Assembly (NCBI GenBank): GCA_008690995.1
Contig: VRMN01000001.1
Span: 1,488,001 to 1,552,000 of the forward strand
Source of the DNA: Porphyridium purpureum
Lineage: Eukaryota
Direction of reading: 5' to 3'
Length of the DNA stretch: 64,000 nt
The translations under genes were made by a program, and so were the position numbers. The notes under the pieces are model-generated. The model worked only from the letters and a program-made list of their open reading frames with translations, searched no databases and had not been told where the DNA came from. This document shows, in pieces, positions 1-9,169 of the stretch. Within the stretch, counting starts at the first letter, position 1, and each line of letters opens with the position of its first letter.

Positions 1-975
1 AGAGGGAAGACAGAGAGAGAGAGTAAAAAAGGCACAGCATCGGTAACAGTCGGCGTGCTTGTGGACGATTCTTTGATTTTTGGCGAAGAGGCGGCGTTCG
101 CCGCAGAGTCCAAAGTTGCCTCTGGACTCGATAACAAAGGTCGTTTCGATCCGCCTTTTACATTCAATGGGACACATGTCACCACCCGAGGACGGACTTT
201 GACAATAGACCAAGATGCTTATGTCCAAAGATGCTTCGGATCAAGCATCCCGAATGTGCAGACCTTCGAGGAATTTCGCTCCATACGCGGCAAGCTGGCC
301 TACTTGTCATCAGGCACGCGCCCAGACATCCAGTGCGCAACAGCAAAATTGGCCCAAGTGACAGCAAGCTCTTTTACTCAAGAACACGCGAGAAAGGTTG
401 TGCGACTCGCCAAGTATGTGAACCATCACCGAGTACAAGTGCGATATGCCCCACTAGACCCAGCGACGCTAAGGATACGCGTATTTGCAGATGCCAGTTA
501 CGCCTCTAATCACGACCACACTTCCCAACTTGGTTTCGCGATTTTCCTTGGTGACTCATCTGACACAGTACACCATCTCCATTCTTCGTCACATAAGGCC
601 AAACAGGTGGCACACTCAGCCATGAGTGCTGAACTTCTGGCTTTGGTGTTGGCATACGATTTCGCTGAAGGCATACAGAACGAACTACATCAGTGCGGGC
701 TAGATGCGCCCATTGTCCTCGCCACTGACTCAAAGCAAATATACGACTCGGTTGCAAGCAGCTCCATTCTCCAGGAAAAGAGGCAGATGATTCGACTTCT
801 GCTTCTCCGGGAAGGCATGGCGCTGGGGCGGATCGCAGAACTTGTGCATGTCGCGGGCGCCAACAATGTTGCCGACGCGCTCACCAAAGAGCGCGACTGC
901 CCGCTCTGGCGACGCGTGTTACGCCACGGTAAACTAGCGGACGTTGCCAGCGCGCGTGTGTATCTACTTCAGTAG
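1..975 (+). mobile_element. Ty1/Copia LTR retrotransposon pol, C-terminal part (end of RT plus RNase H), truncated by the window edge
   Basis: Frame open from base 1. RT motif VGVLVDD, then TRPDI. RNase H motifs FADASYA, SQLGF, SAELLAL, TDSKQIYD, EKRQMI and NNVADALTK. Confidence 0.93.
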
Positions 976-1081
976 AACATTCTCTCGTTTTTCGGAGAAG
1001 GTTAATTTGCGCTTACGCAAGCAGGTTCAACGTTGAGCATCGCACTCGCGCCCAGCAAACAACAAAACGAGGTCGGGCTAG

Positions 1082-1373
1082 TGTCAGAAAGTTCACTCTT
1101 CCAAGCCACTGTACTAAGAGATGCACCTCGCATCGCTTCTCCGGGCTGTCGACAGGCAAGGGATTATGCCGAGCCTCGCAAGATCGTTCTCACGCAGGAT
1201 CTCGTCCCACGCCAGCCCGGCGTACAGCGGTCACCTCGTGCGAAGTATATAAGGTGGACTCCGTCTCCCGCAAGCTAATGACGGGAGAAAAAGGAGGACC
1301 AGAGATGAGCGTAGTGAAGAACATTTAGTTAAAAAGGGTTTGTTGTCCTTATAAGCAGCAAGGGATTCTGAAG
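1082..1373 (+). repeat. Candidate 3' LTR of the Copia element
   Basis: Begins TGTCAGAA after a loosely purine-rich stretch about 100 bp past the pol stop. Internal TATATAA at 1246-1252. Ends near TTCTGA (1366-1371), an imperfect inverse of the start. The 5' LTR is outside the window, so this is unconfirmed. Confidence 0.4.
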
Positions 1374-1764
1374 ATCACCTCCTGCAGACCGACCTCACGT
1401 CCGTGGTGGCGGGCCCACTGCCTGACGTGTAGCAGTTCTTCCCTACGCCTTCGCGGTCTCTTCGGGGCACAAAACCCCGTAAAACCGGTTTTTGTGACAT
1501 CCTCGGCTCCCGCGCACTGACGCTCACTGTACCTCCGATTTGGCGCGAAACCGCGGCGCGCGAAAGAGAGGTACAGTGAACCGAAAAACCGAAACGCGCG
1601 TGCAAAGCGCGCGGGCGGCGCGGCGCGAAAAGCGCGGAGAGAGGAAGAGAAGGGATGGCTGGAGACGGTGGGAGTGCGGGGTGTGGCGCGAGAGCGACGA
1701 GGGCAGTGCTGACGCAGAAACGCGTGGCGGCGGGTGGGTGGGTGGTGGTGGTTCGCGGGCGACG

Positions 1765-2213
1765 ATGCAGGGCGTGCGCGTGGCGGCGTTGAGCGACGCA
1801 GAGCGGAACCGGTGGATGGAGCTCGCGTGCATGGCGAGTATGGATTCGTGCGACCTCACCGTGCGCTCGCCGAGGATGGGGATCGGGAACGCCGGCGGAG
1901 GCAGTAGCAGCGGTGGAGGAGGCGGCGGCGCTGGCGGCATGGGCGGGAGCGTGCGGTCGATGTTTCTGAACGACGACGACGACTTCACGTTTGGCTCGAC
2001 GGGGCTCGTGGTCGACGAGGCCGGGTACGCAGCAGTGATGCCGTACGGTAGGCCGCTGGACGGCGGCGATGGCGGCAGCAGGAGCAGCAACCAAGAGTTG
2101 CTCATAGGAGGCAACCACGAGCTCGAACTCGAGCTCGACCTGGAGCTCGAGCCCGAGATGGATGATGACACGCTTAGCTGCCGCAGCAGTCGTGACGGCA
2201 GTAGAAGCAGCAT

Positions 2214-2248
<35 letters not shown>

Positions 2249-3420
2249 CTGCGCAAGACGAGTATGGCACGCCGTTGTCGCCCGAGTGTGTGCACACGCT
2301 TGGCACCGACTCAGATGACGACGTCCGCAGCGTATCGCAAAATTCAGCAGACGCCGAATTGGTATGCGAAGCGCGTCCGGTAAAGCGAATCAAGAAGGGC
2401 ACAAGGCGTGCGGGCCGGCTGTCAAAGCGAGAGCTGGACAAGGAAGGATTGGCAACAGGTGCCGATGCCAAAATAGAGCGCACAGGCCTCCGCTCTCTGT
2501 CGCGCTCGCTTTGCGAAAGGGTTGCAGAAGCAGGCATCGTCACTCGGCACCAGATCGCAATGCACATTGCAAAGTATTTGCACCAGGCGAAGGAGAATCG
2601 CGCACGCGGGGACAAGCGGCAAGAACCTTCCAACGAATCGCAACCGGGCCAATCCCCATGTGCCAGCGGCATGGCAGCAGAAGCAGCCACCGAGTCTGCA
2701 GAGCCCACTATGGACAAATCGATCAAGCGTCGCGTGTACGACTTTGTGAACGTGCTCATCACGTGCGGGGTGGTTGAGGAGACACAAAATCATGAACTGC
2801 GCTGGATCGGCCCACAAGCACTCGAGCGACTCAACCTATCGTTCCTAACAGAAACCGATGCACCCTGCCTAGCCGAGCGTCGTGCTAGCAGCGTCAGTCC
2901 TTTCAGTGCAAGCCCAATCAAATCACGTGGCGGACCGGCACCCTCGCCGTGCTTGACCGTACAGCCCTGCGGCTCAACAAGAAGCAGAATCATCGCAGAG
3001 CTGCAGCTCGAGCGAAACAGACGACTAGCCAGCATACGAGCCAAGCAGGCTCAACTGGACGCGCTCAAGCGGCGGCGGAAGATCATGGACAACCTGATGC
3101 TATCTCATCATGAAAGCGTGGTTGGACATCTACAGCAGCAATCTCCCGAAAGCCGGGGCTCCAGACTAGAAATGAGCCCGAGGCAATGCGCCTGCGCACG
3201 TACTGGCACAACCAAACACTCAGCAGCAGCAGCAGCACCGAACCAGGTATGGCACGGTCCAGTGACCGTGCTGGGCGTGAGCTGCGACACAACGCTACAC
3301 TTCGAGAGCAGCCGGACGCGTGACACGCTGACCATCCGCGTAGACCAACCAGACTTTGATCTTATTCCCGAGCCGTCACTCGTCATACGGCCCATGCCAC
3401 GAGAGTGGCTTCCTGAATAA
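1765..3420 (+). CDS. E2F/DP family transcription factor (DP-like)
   Basis: Winged-helix motifs GLRSLSRSLCERV and KSIKRRVYDFVNVL...LRWIG, followed by a coiled coil. First ATG at 1765. Poly-Ser from an (AGC)n tract near 2206-2244. Confidence 0.85.
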
Positions 3421-3590
3421 AGCCAGAAAAGGTCGCCGATCTTAACACAAACGAACTTGTAAGCCTTCACGCGCGGAGCTTTCACACAAGCGAGACGACC
3501 AGCGACATCGCAGAGAAGTGCCGATCTTTTCGGGAGGGAAGAGTCAGCGTGTCGGCTAGGGACTAGGTGCTCCGTTCGAGTGGCCGAGCC

Positions 3591-4316
3591 ATGTTCTTTG
3601 TGCTCCCTTGGGCGTTGGCGGCCTCGCGTTTGCCGAACGTAAAAAGCATACCACTCGGAGAGTCGCGCTTTGCGGATCGGACACCAGACGTGCCGCACAC
3701 ACGCGCGCGAAGCCGTGCGCCACGGGCTGCCTGCGGGCGGCAGCTGATGCGGCACAGCACCGACGCTGGGCAGCAGGCGGAGCAAGGCGGCAAGACAATC
3801 GGAGGGGCCGAGTGCGAGCTATGTTCCTGGAAGCAGGTCGAGGAGATGGTGCTCGATCTGGCGGAACAGATCAAGGCGGCGGGGCCCGAGGGCCGCTTCG
3901 ACGCGATTATGGGCATAACGCGAGGCGGGATGGTACCGGCTGTGCTTCTGGCACAGGTGTTCGAAAACCGAAACATTATGACGGCCACTGTGCTATTCTA
4001 CACGGACGACGGCGCCAAGTTTTACGGCATGACTGAGCCGCGCTTCCTGTACTTTCCGGAGAACAATCTTGTCGATGATCTGCGCGTGCTCATTATCGAT
4101 GACGTGTGGGACTCGGGGCGCACTTCGCGCGCCGTTCGCGATCGTGTCATCCGTGCGGGAGGCACGCCGATCGTTTGCACGCTGCACTTCAAACCTACGA
4201 AGAATGCCGCACCCGACGAGCGACCTGACTTTTATGCCAGCATTACGGACAACTGGGTCGTTTATCCCTGGGAGCGCCTCAGTCCCGCATTTCAAGCCCA
4301 GTCGGTTGAATTATAA
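3591..4316 (+). CDS. Type I phosphoribosyltransferase (xanthine/hypoxanthine PRT-like, bacterial type) with N-terminal extension
   Basis: SWKQVEE...AIMGITRGGMVPA, PRPP-binding loop VLIIDDVWDSGRT, C-terminal WVVYPWE. Confidence 0.88.
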   Translation: MFFVLPWALAASRLPNVKSIPLGESRFADRTPDVPHTRARSRAPRAACGRQLMRHSTDAGQQAEQGGKTIGGAECELCSWKQVEEMVLDLAEQIKAAGPEGRFDAIMGITRGGMVPAVLLAQVFENRNIMTATVLFYTDDGAKFYGMTEPRFLYFPENNLVDDLRVLIIDDVWDSGRTSRAVRDRVIRAGGTPIVCTLHFKPTKNAAPDERPDFYASITDNWVVYPWERLSPAFQAQSVEL

Positions 4317-4529
4317 ATAAAGGGAAAGCAAACGAGATTCTAGATTGACGCGGCCGCTGCAACACCGCACGCGGATCTCTGTGCGCATGGACGCCGTACC
4401 ACAGCTCCGATTTGAATGACTGAGCAAGCAAAACAGTCCAAAGGTGCGCAACGACCGCAGCAAGAGCCCAAGATCGCTCGGGTCTTTTCTCTGCGAACAA
4501 GCTCCACGTCGACGCGGCTCATCTTTCTT

Positions 4530-5360
4530 TTACATTTTCCAGCGATTGTTGCAGTTGACGCACGTGACAAACGTTGTGAGCGGTTCGTCAGCAGAGCGCG
4601 TCTGCATCTGGTAGTATGTGCACTTTCTTTGGCGGCACTTGCCACAGCGGAACTGGTCTGTTGATGCCGGTGGAGCATTGAACGGCTGCGCGTCGCGGAT
4701 GCATTGCTCTTTGATCTCCTCCTTCACTTTCTTCTCCTGCTCGTTCGCAAGCTCGTCGCTGCTCATATTTACCAGCTCCTCGGCGCTCAGTGCACCTTGA
4801 AGCACCTTTTGCCGGAGCTCCGCGTTCAGCGGGTCCCTAAGATTAAAGTTCAGCTCGCGACACTTGTCCTTGTATTCATCAATACTTTGCTGGTACTTGG
4901 CGTAAACAGCGCATTCGATGCGTTCTGCCACATGCTTTGCCTGGGCCGCGGCTTCTTCCTTATCAGTCGCATGCTTGGCTTGTGACGGGTCAGCTTTCTC
5001 TCCACTCGCGCCTTCGCCGTCCCCGCGGCCTTCAATCTCCTGGCACAGCGATTTCCCAAAGGTCTCAACGGCCTTACTTCGGAGCTTGTCCTTCGCGCCC
5101 GAACCGACGCCGACGCCGTTGCCACCGCTTCCCAAAGACCGCAACGCAGTGGGCGCCTTTGCCAGCGCACCCCCATAAGCCGCCTGTGCGGCAGCACCGC
5201 CTTTACCACCGCTTCCTCTCCGGCTCAATTGGCTGGCAGGCGCCGCACCGCGCCCGCCGACAACAAAGGCGCGCGGCACCCCGCGAGACAACGCAGTGGT
5301 CTTGAGCGAATCGGCTCGTACGCCCAGATTTGGCGGCCGCCCAGAGTTCCTCGAGCCCAT
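4530..5360 (-). CDS. TFIIS: Transcription elongation factor TFIIS (central domain plus Zn ribbon)
   Basis: C-terminal CGKC...YYQMQTRSADEPLTTFVTCVNCNNRWK and central-domain FNLRDPLN. Start placed at MGSRNS and is uncertain. Confidence 0.92.
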   Translation of the reverse strand: MGSRNSGRPPNLGVRADSLKTTALSRGVPRAFVVGGRGAAPASQLSRRGSGGKGGAAAQAAYGGALAKAPTALRSLGSGGNGVGVGSGAKDKLRSKAVETFGKSLCQEIEGRGDGEGASGEKADPSQAKHATDKEEAAAQAKHVAERIECAVYAKYQQSIDEYKDKCRELNFNLRDPLNAELRQKVLQGALSAEELVNMSSDELANEQEKKVKEEIKEQCIRDAQPFNAPPASTDQFRCGKCRQRKCTYYQMQTRSADEPLTTFVTCVNCNNRWKM

Positions 5361-5553
5361 GCTTGCTCGTGCACGAGCAGACGAGTGCTCGCACCGTTTC
5401 TTCCACGCCGCGTTCGCCTCTCCCGCCCTTTCCGCCACACGGGAGTCGCCGCATTTGGCAGCGCGAGCGAAACAAACGGCTTGACCGAGCACGTCGGTGA
5501 GGGCAAGGTCTTGTGTGGTGGGGACGAGTGAGGCAGTGCAGCGCGTCGTCACC

Positions 5554-6639
5554 ATGAGTTCGCGGATGGCGCTGCCGTTCCTGATGGTCAGCGTGGGCTG
5601 CGAGCTGGTCTTCATTGTGGACCATCGCCTGCGCGAGATTTCGACGGTGTCGGTGCCGGCGGCCAAGAAGTTTGAGATTATTCGCGAAACCATCCACTCG
5701 GTGTTCAACGAGTCCCTCATGGACGCCGTGTTCCAGGACCAGAAGCTGTACTCCTTTGAAGCCCTGCGGCGCGTCGTCACGGCTACCATGGAGTCGCCGT
5801 CGCTGCGCGTGAACAGCGACAACCTCGAGAAGCTGTTTCTTATCGTGTGCATGAGCATCAAGTGCCAGACCGTGCGTTGCCTGACCAAGACTCACTTTCT
5901 GACCTACCTCGAAAATGAAATCAACGATGTGGAGGCGATCGCGATGAACCTCCCGGAGCACGGGGACGCCGAGCAGCTGCTGGATTCGATTCGTGATCGC
6001 GTCGCCGCCTACTACGATCACATCTCAACGGCCGAGGCGGCGCGCATCCGCTACTCGATTCTCAACCTTTTCCGGCTCACGCAGGCGCCTGTCTCAGTGC
6101 TTGCGCAGGACGGATACCAGGCGGGTAACGGAGTGCTACTAGCCCCCGCGGCCGGACCGGGACTTGTGCATCTGGGTCACACGGTGCTGTACGGTCCCGA
6201 TGGCAGCCCACAGCAACACTTTGTGCTGCCGATTGCTGGGAAAAATCTAGAGGATCGCGAGTTTGAGCTGGGCCGCAATCGCTTCTCGCGAGAAGCCGTG
6301 CAGCTGCGCGCGCTTAAACAGGATCTCATGACATCCACTACCGCGGATGACAATCCGCACAATGTCGCCCGACTGTCTACGCAGATGAGCAAGGTGCTGT
6401 CCTCGCGCAATATGCGCGTAAGCACGTCTGGCCGCTCATTGGGTCGTTATTCTTCCAAGGGCGACGACGAAACAGATGTCACAGGCGCTGTCGCCGCGAA
6501 TGCACCGCGTGCTGACCTTGAATCAGCAAACGATTTCGCGGAGCTCGACAGGCAGGTTGCTGCGGCAGGTGGTGACGCGATAGAACAAGTAGAGGAGGAA
6601 CAAAAAGTGGGACGCAAAGAAATACGGCCAGCCCAATAG
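5554..6639 (+). CDS. OSCP1: OSCP1-like protein
   Basis: N-terminus MSSRMALPFLMVSVGCELVFIVDHRL and SPSLRVNSDNLEKLFLIVCMSIKCQ resemble the OSCP1 family consensus (LP...GGEM.YILDQRL; SIMRLN..SMDKLYDLM.M..KYQ). Confidence 0.78.
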   Translation: MSSRMALPFLMVSVGCELVFIVDHRLREISTVSVPAAKKFEIIRETIHSVFNESLMDAVFQDQKLYSFEALRRVVTATMESPSLRVNSDNLEKLFLIVCMSIKCQTVRCLTKTHFLTYLENEINDVEAIAMNLPEHGDAEQLLDSIRDRVAAYYDHISTAEAARIRYSILNLFRLTQAPVSVLAQDGYQAGNGVLLAPAAGPGLVHLGHTVLYGPDGSPQQHFVLPIAGKNLEDREFELGRNRFSREAVQLRALKQDLMTSTTADDNPHNVARLSTQMSKVLSSRNMRVSTSGRSLGRYSSKGDDETDVTGAVAANAPRADLESANDFAELDRQVAAAGGDAIEQVEEEQKVGRKEIRPAQ

Positions 6640-7073
6640 CGGCAAGGTGGATGTGTATGCTGGCGGCCAAGTGTCGCATCATTTTCCTGGTTTGCGCGGA
6701 TCGTTGCGGATGTACCAGGCGTGCGGATGTTGCAAACGAATTGGCAGACGGGCCGGCCCAGGCACCCACTTTAGCTCGTGTGAAAAGAGTATAAGGAGAT
6801 CAAAGCAAGATACATGTATAATAGATTGGCCAGGTCCATAGCCACCCTTGTCAGAGTTCTGATTCTGGTTCTGAATCTTGCATTTGCCGTGTGCAACATT
6901 TTTTACAAACAGAAATACTTTCTCTCATGTATCCGGCTTCTTACAGCGCTTGGGTAGTCGTGGACCAGCTCACCTTACGTTCTGCAAGGACTGGCTGAAC
7001 AGTGGTGCCTCCCCAAGTCCTAGGACAAGGCGCGATTCAGCGGATGTCGAGAAGTCGCGACACATGTCTACAT

Positions 7074-8684
7074 TTAATTGTAATTCTTGTCCTCGATCAC
7101 ATCGTCAATCTTGAGAATCATTTTGACGACCTGCGCGGCGTGCTGCAGCTGCTGTTTTTTAGAGCGCAGCGACTCGTACACGTACTGTTCCTTCATGTCA
7201 TCCGTGCTGTACTTCATGCAGTTGATACCAATGCGCGGGTTCTTCTCGCGCATTTGCTTGGCTTTTGCGTGCGACAGAGACTCAATGGGCTGCATGCCGC
7301 TGTTCTCTGCGAGGGCCATGGGGATACTGTCCAACGCATCCGCAAAGGCTCGCACACCGTACTGCTCCAAACCTTCGATTTGGTCGGCTGCTTCAGAGAT
7401 TGCAAGCGAGCAAGCTACTTCAGCCGCACCGCCGCCGTAAACTATGCGGTTATCTGTCACCAGATTGCGCACAATACACAGCGCGTCGTGAATCGAGCGC
7501 TTTGCCTCCTCGACGACCATCTTATTGCCACCGCGCACAAAGATTGTCACGGCCTTCATGCTCGCGCACTCTTCCAGCACAATCATGCGATCCCGTGTGG
7601 TCCCGAATGACATTTCACGGACGGTCTTTGCGTAACCCAGCTTCTGCTCCGAGACATCCTCGAAGCGCGGGATGATACGCCCACCGGTTGCGATCGCAAT
7701 CAACTCGATCTCGACGCCGCCGACCCACCGGATTGCTGGGAGCTCGTTTTTGAGCAGCAAATAGTTGGCTTCGTCATCGAATCCCCACTGGCAGATCACC
7801 AGCGTGGCACCGGACGCCTTGACACGCTGAACCATATCTGTAAAGTACGCCTTTTCCGCCACCTGCATTTCCTTGTACGCTTCCACCGAGTCGATCTCCA
7901 GCTTGTGCTTGGTCTTCGGCTTGGGCGGCTCGAACGGGCACGTGAGGATGCAAATCTTGGCGTCGTCGACGCGCTTGGGCATCTGCGGATGGCTGAAATC
8001 CTTGTCGACAACAATGCCGTGCACCAAGGCGGTGTCCTCCAACTTGCCCCCCACTTTTCCGTCCAGCTTGATCAGATCCAGATTTACTTCCCGGCGCTCC
8101 ATGTCCGCGACGGCCAGAATAGCGTCCACGCAAACCTTGCCCAGCTCCTCGCGAATACGGTGCACGATCTTCGAGTTGAGCGTGGTCATGGCGACGCGGC
8201 GCAGCTGCTCGTGGTCATTCTGCTCAAAGTCGATCTGCTCCGAGATCGAGTCCAGCACGGGCATGGCAATGTCGACGGCGCGCTCAAAGCCCTCCGAAAT
8301 TCTGGACGGGTGGATCCCCTTATCGAGCAGCATCTCTGCCTTTTCGAGCAGCGCGCCCGCCAGCACGACGACGCCCGTGGTGCCGTCGCCAATCTCGTCG
8401 TCCTGCGCCTTGGACAGCTCGACCATCAGCTTTGCGATCTCGTGCTTGAGCTCCATCTCCTTGAGGATCGTTGCGCCATCGTTGGTGACGGTCACATCAC
8501 CGTCCGGCGACTGGAGCATCTTGTCCATTCCCTTTGGCCCCAACGACGTGCGCAGCGTGCGCGCCACGGCGCGCGCCGCCGCGATGTTCGCCTTGAGCGC
8601 ATCGATGCCGCGCAGCCGCTGCTTCTGCTCCTGCTCCTGGATGATAATGAACGGCCGCCCGTTCTCATCAAACATCAACGACAT
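7074..8684 (-). CDS. CCT5: T-complex protein 1 subunit epsilon
   Basis: [11 protein letters not shown]-terminus, [35 protein letters not shown] and [12 protein letters not shown]. Confidence 0.98.
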   Translation of the reverse strand: MSLMFDENGRPFIIIQEQEQKQRLRGIDALKANIAAARAVARTLRTSLGPKGMDKMLQSPDGDVTVTNDGATILKEMELKHEIAKLMVELSKAQDDEIGDGTTGVVVLAGALLEKAEMLLDKGIHPSRISEGFERAVDIAMPVLDSISEQIDFEQNDHEQLRRVAMTTLNSKIVHRIREELGKVCVDAILAVADMERREVNLDLIKLDGKVGGKLEDTALVHGIVVDKDFSHPQMPKRVDDAKICILTCPFEPPKPKTKHKLEIDSVEAYKEMQVAEKAYFTDMVQRVKASGATLVICQWGFDDEANYLLLKNELPAIRWVGGVEIELIAIATGGRIIPRFEDVSEQKLGYAKTVREMSFGTTRDRMIVLEECASMKAVTIFVRGGNKMVVEEAKRSIHDALCIVRNLVTDNRIVYGGGAAEVACSLAISEAADQIEGLEQYGVRAFADALDSIPMALAENSGMQPIESLSHAKAKQMREKNPRIGINCMKYSTDDMKEQYVYESLRSKKQQLQHAAQVVKMILKIDDVIEDKNYN

Positions 8685-9169
8685 CTCGCCGGCGATTCAG
8701 CGTCCCTTGCAGCGCCCCGCCGATCAGACTCTGTCCGCCCGTCTGCCACCCTTCCTCCAACCCCAAACCCACACACCCACACCCAACAAGAGACACCCGC
8801 TTGCTCTCCTCGTGTGCCACATACATCGCGCCGCGCGCGCTCTTCTTTTACGCGGCGCCGGCGAAGAGCCCGCAGAAGTGAAAGCTTCATTTCGTGCGAG
8901 CGGTCTCACTTGGGTTTGTGACGGCGCGCAGAACGCGGTTCTGGACGTGCAACGCCCGAAACCTGGTCCACCCGCGCGGCGCTGCCCGCCGCCTGGCATG
9001 GCGCTGCAGCACTGAGCCACGGCCATTCACGGACACGGCCGTTGCGGCGCGAGATTGCTGCCAGAGATAAGGCCGGAGTGCAGGCATCCGTAGACGTGGT
9101 GGTGCGTTTATTGAACATGTACGGGCGGCTCTCGCGCAACAATGCGTGGCGCGCACGCGCTCTGGCGGT

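Noticed and set aside
5361..5888. Upstream extension of the TFIIS ORF
   Set aside because: Mostly the antisense shadow of OSCP1; it does not resemble TFIIS domain I.
7873..9015. Long antisense and alternate-frame ORFs, e.g. opposite CCT5, DP, OSCP1, patellin and Nudix
   Set aside because: Shadow ORFs are expected from GC-rich codon usage; they show no motifs and have low-complexity translations.
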